59,879 nt of DNA from a virus (Duplodnaviria > Caudoviricetes), in IMG/VR virus record IMGVR_UViG_3300031626_000002, positions 1 to 59,879 of that record; one strand, written 5' to 3'. The number at the start of each line of letters is the position of its first letter. Positions within the stretch are counted from its first letter, which is position 1. The notes under the pieces were generated by a model that was given only the letters and a program-made list of their open reading frames with translations, did not search any database and was not told the origin of the DNA. The position numbers and the translations under genes are program-made. This document shows positions 9,100 to 16,293 of this stretch, piece by piece.

Positions 9100-9277
9100 T
9101 AGGTTGTTCACCCATGTCCTCTGCGTAGTTATCTAGACAATCGTGCATGTCTCTCAAGGTATGTCCCAAGTCTGTGAAGAGTGTTTCTGCTTCTACACGA
9201 GATAGGATGAGTGCTCGTTCTGCAATTTCGATAACCACTTCTCCCTCTGCTGTCCAGAAGACATTTGATTTATCCAT
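9092..9277 (-). CDS. Hypothetical protein
   Basis: ORF preceded by GGAGG. Confidence 0.65.
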   Translation of the reverse strand: MDKSNVFWTAEGEVVIEIAERALILSRVEAETLFTDLGHTLRDMHDCLDNYAEDMGEQPNV

Positions 9278-9446
9278 ATTCTCTTGACCCCTCCATTTGT
9301 GCTATGATGTTATCTATGTTACTTTTTGAACGTATATATTTATCTATTAGATCATCAATAACATATTCTTCTAGATCTTCAAGACTGTAATCTTCAACAA
9401 CATGTCGTCTGATTGCAGCTTGAAGCTCTTCCTCACGATAAGACAT

Positions 9447-9659
9447 TTAGTTGAAGTTACGTAGTTTGATCACATTACGGATACGATCTACAGTTGATGT
9501 TGAAAGTTTAGAACGAGATACAAACTGACCTGTCTCAACATCACGAGCTACAGATAGGTAACCTTGTTGACCTGAGAATGAACCTACTGGTTTACCGTAA
9601 CGTTTTGTTACACGACGAAATTGCAAGTTGTTACGACCGATTGGATTTACTGTTGTCAT
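9447..9659 (-). CDS. Small basic hypothetical protein
   Basis: AAAGG RBS; Arg/Lys-rich, ARDVETGQFVS. Confidence 0.7.
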   Translation of the reverse strand: MTTVNPIGRNNLQFRRVTKRYGKPVGSFSGQQGYLSVARDVETGQFVSRSKLSTSTVDRIRNVIKLRNFN

Positions 9660-10157
9660 AGTGTTAGCCTTTCATGACTAATTTAAGTTAAGATCTTTTT
9701 CTAGTAGTTGCAACCATAATGTAACCAACTACCCATACTCCAAATAAAATTGATATATTAAAATGCCTCTTGTTGGAATTGAGCCTTGTCGGACCCTCCA
9801 AAAATCAGAGTGACCCCTAAGGGTCACGAAGGATTCTGAAGGAATCCTATAGAGATCCAATAGATCTCTCTGAGGAATCTTGAAAACCTTTAGGTTTTTG
9901 AGACTCCGATTAAAAACAGTATCCCGTAAGGGATTCTATTTAAAATTATGAACCCTGACCGGAGAACACAACGTAGCATTACTACGGGATCTCAACAGTC
10001 AGGGGTACAGGGACCTCAACGAGAACTTCAGCAAGGAGTTCGGATCGGAGTCACCTGTATTGGTTGTCCCAACTGGAGTTTGAGCTTGAAAGGATTAAAG
10101 AACCCATACTCAACAGTTGGAACAGACAACACGGGAGGTGTGTTGTATTAGAATTAT

Positions 10158-10185
10158 GTGAGCAGTTTTAAGTGTTACTCAGCAC
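10158..10185 (-). promoter_or_regulatory. Small H-type pseudoknot motif PK1
   Basis: GTG-CTGAGTAA-CAC-TTAAAAC-TGCTCA. Confidence 0.6.
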
Positions 10186-10384
10186 ATCTTCTTGGCTGCA
10201 TTGTGCTGATACCTTACGTATCTCACACTCCTAGCAGGAGGAATTTAATAAAGAGAGTAGACAAAGCATATCGTGTGGTACCCTTCGGTTTTTCAAACGA
10301 CTGGACGATAATACTAATCCTACCACGGAACTTTCCACAACATTCTTTTCAATGTATATGAATTGTCTACTCACTATATTAAAT

Positions 10385-10411
10385 CAGCAGTTTATTGAGA
10401 TGCTGAGCTCA
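10385..10411 (-). promoter_or_regulatory. Small H-type pseudoknot motif PK2
   Basis: TGAG-CTCAGCAT-CTCA-ATAAAC-TGCTG. Confidence 0.65.
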
Positions 10412-10416
10412 TTACG

Positions 10417-10446
10417 CTTTTTAAATCCGGCCCCCGTGGTCGGATT
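10417..10446 (-). promoter_or_regulatory. Hairpin element H3, putative virion-RNAP promoter
   Basis: AATCCGGCC-CCCGT-GGTCGGATT preceded on + by CTTTTTA. Confidence 0.65.
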
Positions 10447-10448
10447 CC

Positions 10449-10715
10449 TTACAGTGCTCGAAGGCAGAATACACGTACACCGTTCTCGTTCTTGGATTGG
10501 CGAACAGAGAAGTTCCTTGCGTACTGACCACCACATGTGTATCCAGCCATAGCTGAGACACGCTGTAGGGTACGTATATAGGACAGAGGTGTTTGTGGTT
10601 CTACTTTAACCAAGAAGCTATCACCAACCACCATGTCCCTAAAAGGATACTTGTAGCCTTTAAGAGAATTTTTAGGAGCGACTGGTAGTTTTACATTTTT
10701 TTCAATAGTAAACAT
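10449..10715 (-). CDS. Small putative DNA-binding protein
   Basis: IEKNVKLP...KYPFRDMVVGDSF...GVRVF, a pattern common in phage proteins. Confidence 0.6.
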   Translation of the reverse strand: MFTIEKNVKLPVAPKNSLKGYKYPFRDMVVGDSFLVKVEPQTPLSYIRTLQRVSAMAGYTCGGQYARNFSVRQSKNENGVRVFCLRAL

Positions 10716-10740
10716 AATAAACCCTTTCTAGGTTTTTGAG

Positions 10741-10769
10741 GTGAGCAGTTTTATGTGATGCTTAGCACA
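10741..10769 (-). promoter_or_regulatory. Small H-type pseudoknot motif PK3
   Basis: TGTG-CTAAGCAT-CACA-TAAAAC-TGCT. Confidence 0.65.
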
Positions 10770-10783
10770 AGTGTTTGAGGTGT

Positions 10784-11278
10784 TTAGAACATTGCCTCTA
10801 GGTCTTCTTCTTTAACACCAGCAATAGTAGAAGTTGGAGCAACATCACCAACAACATCAAAGTCGATGGAGTTAGAACCATTGTATTCTACAAGCTCAGT
10901 CACTTGAATAGCAGTAAGTGAGCTCATGATACCTTGGCGTCCAGCTTTGTCATATGGGAACTGAAACAAGATGATGTTACCACGAGAGCCATTACCTAAT
11001 GTAGAGGCATCAATTGGTTGCTTTGTGTTATCGACAACACGAACCTTACCATTGTTCTCACCATTAGCTTTGAACTCTTTACGCTTAAGGGATGCTACCC
11101 ATTTACCATCTTTTTCTTTCATGGCAATGTGATTAGCAATGAGATCTTTAGCTACATCAGAATCATCTGTTGCAATTTGGATCTCATACTGTGAAGTACC
11201 GAAAGGTGATTGTGGTGTTACCAGACGAGCCCAATTAAGTTCAATGTCTGAGATCAGATAGTTACGTGGCTTTTCCAT
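10784..11278 (-). CDS. Single-stranded DNA-binding protein (T7 gp2.5-like)
   Basis: WARLVTP...YEIQI...LGNGSRG...LTAIQVTELVEY; acidic tail ending in F. Confidence 0.8.
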   Translation of the reverse strand: MEKPRNYLISDIELNWARLVTPQSPFGTSQYEIQIATDDSDVAKDLIANHIAMKEKDGKWVASLKRKEFKANGENNGKVRVVDNTKQPIDASTLGNGSRGNIILFQFPYDKAGRQGIMSSLTAIQVTELVEYNGSNSIDFDVVGDVAPTSTIAGVKEEDLEAMF

Positions 11279-11315
11279 AGGTTTTCCTTTACATGGATTG
11301 TGAGAGCATATCTCT

Positions 11316-11346
11316 CTTTTTAAATCGATCCCCCTGTGGGTCGATT
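11316..11346 (-). promoter_or_regulatory. Hairpin element H2, putative virion-RNAP promoter
   Basis: AATCGATCC-CCCTGT-GGGTCGATT preceded on + by CTTTTTA; directly upstream of the SSB gene. Confidence 0.65.
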
Positions 11347-11451
11347 ACTATTAGTTACTGTTAGAATCCTCTTTGAGAATCCTAATCCAGTCATAAGCAT
11401 ACCAGATACAGAAGATCAGATATGCTGCCATTAGACCTGAGAGTAATAACA

Positions 11452-11643
11452 TTAGTTACTTCCTTTGTTTAGATCTTTGAGCCTAGCCTCAGCATGTCTC
11501 AATTTATCGTATAGGTTCTCAAGTTCATCGAGAACCCATGAGGGTCTGACACCATGACCATGCTTGTTGTGCAAGTCATCGATCTCATTTTTATATATTG
11601 AGATACTGGTTTGAGCCAGCTCTATTTCTCCAGACATACTCAT
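11452..11643 (-). CDS. Hypothetical protein
   Basis: ORF in the early cluster. Confidence 0.65.
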   Translation of the reverse strand: MSMSGEIELAQTSISIYKNEIDDLHNKHGHGVRPSWVLDELENLYDKLRHAEARLKDLNKGSN

Positions 11644-11912
11644 TGGCTATCCCTGTAAGGTTGACATGATAGGTATCCGATTGATTCTTGTAGCACATAG
11701 AAGGCATCTATACGTTTAATACAATCCTCACCTGTTAAGTTGTAATCAAGGATGTGATCTACACCACACCCTTGGTACATTGTTAGAACTAGGATGAATA
11801 CCTTAGTCATTAGGTATATCCTAAGATTTCTTCAACATAGTATTTAGCTTTCACTTCAGTCATAAGAGGATACTTCTCTATGGTTGCTTTGATAGCTTGT
11901 TCTTTTGTTAGC

Positions 11913-12299
11913 TTAGTCATTTGATACATCCTCATGTGTTAAAAGTGATAGTAGTTCTCCAACTGACCAACCAGACCTACGAGACAACTCCTGCAATGTA
12001 AGATCAGGAGATGAATCGTATGTGTCTATTATGTCATCGGCATCCCATACTTTAGGGACACCATATGCAAGGTCTTTTCGCTTTTCAATTAGAGTACGAG
12101 CATTCTGAAGAGTTTCTATGAGACTATCCAGAGTATCATCATACTTCATAATAACCCAATCATGATAGCCTGTTGGTAAGATGGCAACCTCTTGAACTGA
12201 GGTCACCTCACTTACACCACCTTCAAACTCTTGATGTTGAGCTATTGAGATATCTTCTGAAAGGTGTGTTACCTTTATGTTATTCATGTGACTGCGCAT
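11913..12299 (-). CDS. Hypothetical protein with possible C-terminal helix-turn-helix
   Basis: LTLQELSRRSGWSVGELLSLL. Confidence 0.55.
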   Translation of the reverse strand: MRSHMNNIKVTHLSEDISIAQHQEFEGGVSEVTSVQEVAILPTGYHDWVIMKYDDTLDSLIETLQNARTLIEKRKDLAYGVPKVWDADDIIDTYDSSPDLTLQELSRRSGWSVGELLSLLTHEDVSND

Positions 12300-12475
12300 A
12301 GGCTGCCCCCTTCATAATACATTGGTGTTTCTATACGTACCACATAGCCAGCATCTTCCCAACCTGAGATGATGTCTGGGATTCTGTTTGATTCTATGTG
12401 GTACGATAACTCACAATCCACATCATCCTTGAAAGAGTAGGACTTGAAGATGTTTATTTTGAAGTTGAGTTTCAT
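12284..12475 (-). CDS. Hypothetical protein
   Basis: AAAGGA RBS. Confidence 0.65.
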   Translation of the reverse strand: MKLNFKINIFKSYSFKDDVDCELSYHIESNRIPDIISGWEDAGYVVRIETPMYYEGGSLCAVT

Positions 12476-12634
12476 TTGACTATCCTTTCTAGATAGGCGA
12501 TACTTCGATGAATTCTACATGATATCCACCGAAGTCTTTTACGAACACACCCATACCATTGGCATCGATGTAGAATACTTTGACTGCTACCCATGTTAGG
12601 ATAGCAGCACAGAGAAGCATAGAGAGTTTAGGCA

Positions 12635-12871
12635 TTAGTAACTAAATCCTTCTACTTCACGATCATCAGCGAATATCATTAAGCAGTCTTCAGGTGTAAG
12701 ACCAAGTTTTATGAACTCACGTTGATCTGCATCAAGCATTGGGAAGGCATCTTGTATTAGAGTACCTTCTGACCATGCAACATAACAATCATCGAATACT
12801 TTTTGAGTCATGTCGAATTCCACTGTGTTGTTTTCCCCAGTGATGGGTGATCTCTTTGTGTAGTGTATCAT
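12635..12871 (-). CDS. Hypothetical protein, probably the first early gene
   Basis: MIHYTKRSPITG...LIQDAFPMLDADQREFIKLGLTP; GAAAGGA RBS. Confidence 0.75.
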   Translation of the reverse strand: MIHYTKRSPITGENNTVEFDMTQKVFDDCYVAWSEGTLIQDAFPMLDADQREFIKLGLTPEDCLMIFADDREVEGFSY

Positions 12872-12919
12872 AGTATATCCTTTCAAGATATATTTAGCAC
12901 AGGGACAACCCCTATACTT

Positions 12920-12949
12920 CTTCTTAGATCTGGCCCCTGTGGACAGATC
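12920..12949 (-). promoter_or_regulatory. Hairpin element H1, putative virion-RNAP promoter
   Basis: GATCTGGCC-CCTGT-GGACAGATC preceded on + by CTTCTTA; upstream of the first early gene. Confidence 0.6.
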
Positions 12950-12969
12950 ACATACTATCCGAACCAATC

Positions 12970-13560
12970 AGATAGAGTACCGATAGACCTATAAGAACCT
13001 AAGAGATACACATAGCTTGGTCTTACCTGAGAGATGCTGAGAGATACTGAGAGAGACTAGGAGATCTATAAGAGACTGAGAGATCTGAGAGAGACTAGGA
13101 GATCTTATAGTATAGGTATATATATAGTAACCTAAGGGAGGGACTGGATAGCTTCTCCCTATAAGGAACTTAGAGAATGATATATGATTGATACACTATT
13201 GATACACCATCCCCCCACAGTCTCTCACAGAATCCCACACAATCCCACAGTCCCGCTAGAACCTACGCCATAGTAGACACTCTCAGAGAGCCTCACAGAA
13301 CCTATAGGGGTCTCAGAGTACCTCACAGTACCTAAGAGATAGACACCTACCTGAGAGAGCCCCTGAGGGATTGAGGGGGTACCCCAAGTTATATAAGGGT
13401 ACTATAATAAAAAACAATACTTACAGGCTCTCTCTCAAAGACTCTCTATGCACCTAAAGACCCCCTAACAAACCCAGGGGTACCCAAACCTGTACAGATA
13501 CACACAGAATCCTAAAATATACCACAAATATACATACAGATAATGATACATAGGGGGCTC
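12970..13560. repeat. Non-coding region with short degenerate repeats; probable physical genome end region
   Basis: CTGAGAGA / GAGAGACTAGGAGATCT arrays (about 13025-13105) and CTCACAG / CCCACAC arrays (about 13215-13335) at the point where early and late arms diverge. Confidence 0.6.
13157..13177 (-). promoter_or_regulatory. Putative phage RNAP promoter (leftward)
   Basis: Reverse complement reads TTCTCTAAGTTCCTTATAGGG, followed by AGA (GGGAGA start as in T7). Confidence 0.8.
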
Positions 13561-13563
13561 CAA

Positions 13564-13584
13564 ACCTCTAAGTCCCTTATAGGG
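13564..13584 (+). promoter_or_regulatory. Putative phage RNAP promoter for terL
   Basis: ACCTCTAAGTCCCTTATAGGG, ending about 25 nt before the TerL start. Confidence 0.75.
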
Positions 13585-13608
13585 ACAATGTGATATAGAG
13601 GATACACC

Positions 13609-15261
13609 ATGAATAACAAAGAGGTTATGACTCTTCTTAAGGAAAAGGAGAAGAGAATTAAGCTGAAGGGGTATGAGAATAACTTTACTTCTTTTGCTGA
13701 AGAACAAATACAGATTATAACTAAGGATACATCCAAAGGTTTCATACCCTTTAAGTTCAATGAGTGTCAACAGCGTATAACAGATGCTCTCACAGAACAA
13801 CAAGAGAAGACTGGTATGGTTAGGGTTATTATTCTCAAGGCTAGACAACAAGGTATTAGTACATACTGTGCTGGTAGGGTATTCTGGAAGTCATACTTCT
13901 CCCCACACTCCAGATCAGTAGTTATGGCTCATGACTCTGCTACATCTGATGCACTGTTTAGTATGTCTAAGAACTTGATTAGGAATATGCAAGGTGATTT
14001 AGTACCTAAGGAGATTACATCTAATGCTAAAGAAATTAAGATACAGTCTCCTGCTTACAATGATAAGGATGCTATTGGCTCTTATCGTCTTTATACAGCG
14101 GGTTCTCCGGAGGCTGGTCGTGGTACTACACCAACGATTGCTCACCTATCAGAAGTAGCCTTCTGGACTCATGATGAGAAGATCTTGGCTGGTTTGTTCC
14201 AGGGTATATCCCAAGCACCAGGCACTGAGGTTATCTTAGAGTCTACAGCTAATGGTGCTCAAGGGGAGTTCTACAGGCTCTGGAAGGGTGCTGTTGCAGG
14301 GGAGAATGAGTATCTACCAATCTTCCTACCTTGGTTCATAACCCCTGAGTATAGGCGTACAGCCCCTGAGGGTATGGAGTTGTTGATTGAAGAGGAGACC
14401 CTCGTAGAAAACTATGGGTTAGATAATGATCAACTCTATTGGCGTAGGTTGAAAATAGCAGAAGGTGGTAAGTTAAAGTTTCAACAGGAGTACCCTGCTA
14501 CAGCGGATGAAGCATTCATTGTGTCTGGTGCTAATGTCTTTGACATTGAGAAACTAAACTCCCTTGTCCCTCGCCCAGAACAGAAGCGTAGTGATTGGGA
14601 TCCATCCAGTAAGATGTTTGATGATAATAGAGAAGGTAACTTGTCTATCTATGGTTATCCTAAGTGGGAGGAGCCCTATGTAATTGGGGCTGATGTCTCT
14701 TTGGGGGTAGGTCAAGATTACAGTGCTGCTGTCGTTATGAATAATAAATATGAAATTGTAGCTGTATATCGTAACAATCGTATTGATCCTAGCATGTGGG
14801 GTGAGTTGTTATTCTACTTAGGTAGATATTATAACAATGCTTTCTTAGCTGTTGAGTCCAACTCTATGGGTATCGCTACTCTGCAGAAGCTAGAACAGAT
14901 GGGTTATCTCAACCTGTACAAACAAACAAAGATGGCTAATGTGTCTAATGAGGAAGGTTTACGGTTAGGTTTCAGAACAACATCCGCATCTAAACCTGTA
15001 ATCATTGGGAACCTAAAGAACCTAATAGACAATGAGGATATAATGATACCCGCACCTATTGTCATTCGGGAACTCAAGGACTACATATCTACAGCTAGTG
15101 GTAAGACTGAGGCAGCTCCTGGCTGTTGTGATGATACTGTCATTGCTCTTGCCATCTGTGCTGAGGTATTACGTACACATTGGGATCGTCTAAACACAAG
15201 GAATGTCTCATGGAAAGAGAGGATCTCGGACTGGGAGCAGGACAACACTCAGTGGATTTAG
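13609..15261 (+). CDS. terL: Terminase large subunit
   Basis: ILKARQQGIST (Walker A), HLSEVAF (Walker B), ESTANG, nuclease IGADVS...DDTVIA. Confidence 0.96.
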   Translation: MNNKEVMTLLKEKEKRIKLKGYENNFTSFAEEQIQIITKDTSKGFIPFKFNECQQRITDALTEQQEKTGMVRVIILKARQQGISTYCAGRVFWKSYFSPHSRSVVMAHDSATSDALFSMSKNLIRNMQGDLVPKEITSNAKEIKIQSPAYNDKDAIGSYRLYTAGSPEAGRGTTPTIAHLSEVAFWTHDEKILAGLFQGISQAPGTEVILESTANGAQGEFYRLWKGAVAGENEYLPIFLPWFITPEYRRTAPEGMELLIEEETLVENYGLDNDQLYWRRLKIAEGGKLKFQQEYPATADEAFIVSGANVFDIEKLNSLVPRPEQKRSDWDPSSKMFDDNREGNLSIYGYPKWEEPYVIGADVSLGVGQDYSAAVVMNNKYEIVAVYRNNRIDPSMWGELLFYLGRYYNNAFLAVESNSMGIATLQKLEQMGYLNLYKQTKMANVSNEEGLRLGFRTTSASKPVIIGNLKNLIDNEDIMIPAPIVIRELKDYISTASGKTEAAPGCCDDTVIALAICAEVLRTHWDRLNTRNVSWKERISDWEQDNTQWI

Positions 15262-15379
15262 AGGAAGAGTTTTACGATAAAGTACTAGAGTATTGGATAC
15301 AAGGTAAGATACCACACGATATGGTGTTGGTTAACCATGAGGATGAATGCCTTGAGGTGTACTATGGCTATGCGTAAGA

Positions 15380-15400
15380 TTCTCTAAGTTCCTTATAGAG
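15380..15400 (+). promoter_or_regulatory. Putative phage RNAP promoter for the portal/head operon
   Basis: TTCTCTAAGTTCCTTATAGAG. Confidence 0.82.
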
Positions 15401-15428
15401 AATAGAGATTCCTGCATTGTCCTCATAA

Positions 15429-15459
15429 CGCGCTGGTGGTCGCGGCAGGTAAACCACCA
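15429..15459 (+). promoter_or_regulatory. Small H-type pseudoknot motif PK4
   Basis: CGCG-CTGGTGGT-CGCG-GCAGGTAAA-CCACCA. Confidence 0.6.
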
Positions 15460-15481
15460 ACTAATTTTTGAGGAGTATAAA

Positions 15482-15745
15482 ATGAATATTGTTATTGCGT
15501 TGCTTGCGGCGCTTATAATCACTGGTGGTGTAGCACCCCAAACCAAATCGTTTGTAGACCCTATGATTGTTGGTCTCACGGTTGGAGCTGTAGTTGCACC
15601 CATAGCTGTATCTGCTGGGGTCACTGGTGGTGCTTCAATCCTAGGGACTACGTACACCAATGCTAATGTTATTGGTGCTGGGGTTGGTGCTGTTGCAAGT
15701 GCAACTCAATCTAATGCACAAGAAGAAAAAGAAATAACTGAATAG
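15482..15745 (+). CDS. Small hydrophobic, glycine-zipper-like membrane protein
   Basis: GAGGAG RBS, signal-like N-terminus, Gly/Ala/Val-rich. Confidence 0.7.
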   Translation: MNIVIALLAALIITGGVAPQTKSFVDPMIVGLTVGAVVAPIAVSAGVTGGASILGTTYTNANVIGAGVGAVASATQSNAQEEKEITE

Positions 15746-15764
15746 ATAAGTGAGGTAATTGATT

Positions 15765-15923
15765 ATGGCAGCAGGAGTTAAACACTACTTCAAGAATGGT
15801 AAAGAACATAAAGGTCCTACCCACAAAGATAAGAGTGGTAAGATGATGTCCGGAGCTAAACATACGGCAAGTAGTAAACATCTATTCCATAAGAAAGATT
15901 TATCCACCACTGTAAAAAAATAA
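15765..15923 (+). CDS. Small His/Lys-rich protein (52 aa)
   Basis: MAAGVKHYFKNGKEHKGPTHK...SGAKHTASSKHLFH; GAGG RBS. Confidence 0.7.
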   Translation: MAAGVKHYFKNGKEHKGPTHKDKSGKMMSGAKHTASSKHLFHKKDLSTTVKK

Positions 15924-16063
15924 TATAAAGTTCGTCTGGCACTAACGCAAAGTGCTACGCCACGAGGTTACACAACCTCACTCGTTACGTTGTTTTGCAG
16001 ATGGGATTCGCTACCGTATAGTTTGGGTATCAACCAACTATAGCTGAACACTGGGCAGGCGTC

Positions 16064-16088
16064 ATCCTAGTCATGATATAAAACTGAC
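16064..16088 (+). promoter_or_regulatory. Small H-type pseudoknot motif PK5
   Basis: ATC-CTAGTCAT-GAT-ATAAAAC-TGAC. Confidence 0.55.
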
Positions 16089-16146
16089 CACATATAATTC
16101 ATAGGGCATAGCCCCAAGTTTGTTAGTTAGACCCACGGAGGGAGCT

Positions 16147-16293
16147 ATGCGATTTAATGAAACACAAGTTGAACCAAAGAAAGAACCTAAACCTAAGAAA
16201 GAAAAGGTTGTTGTTAAGGCTGGTAGTAAGGACTATGACTATGCAAACTTAGCCAAGACTAAAAAGATTCTTACAGGAAGGGGTTCATTCTAA
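16147..16293 (+). CDS. Small basic protein (48 aa) coupled to portal
   Basis: GGAG RBS; its stop overlaps the portal ATG (TAATG). Confidence 0.65.
   Translation: MRFNETQVEPKKEPKPKKEKVVVKAGSKDYDYANLAKTKKILTGRGSF

Larger units (their letters stand above)
9775..10417 (-). ncRNA. Candidate structured non-coding RNA region
   Basis: No convincing ORF; more than ten helices including long-range pairings; directly downstream of hairpin H3. Confidence 0.5.

Noticed and set aside
9948-10361. Plus-strand 67-aa ORFs at 9948 and 10158
   Set aside because: Antisense to the local gene flow, no clear RBS, and they overlap the structured region.
9775-10417. Canonical tRNA, tmRNA or hammerhead ribozyme
   Set aside because: No cloverleaf with a TTCRA loop, tmRNA termini or hammerhead core could be assembled by eye.
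6235-12949. Hairpins H1-H4 as intrinsic terminators
   Set aside because: No adequate U-tract on either strand, a conserved loop sequence, and a position upstream of genes.
12987-13007. Sixth copy of the late promoter (ATCTCTTAGGTTCTTATAGGT, minus strand)
   Set aside because: Five mismatches to the consensus, within a low-complexity repeat zone.
13025-13335. CRISPR array
   Set aside because: The repeats are short, degenerate and lack unique spacers; no cas genes seen.
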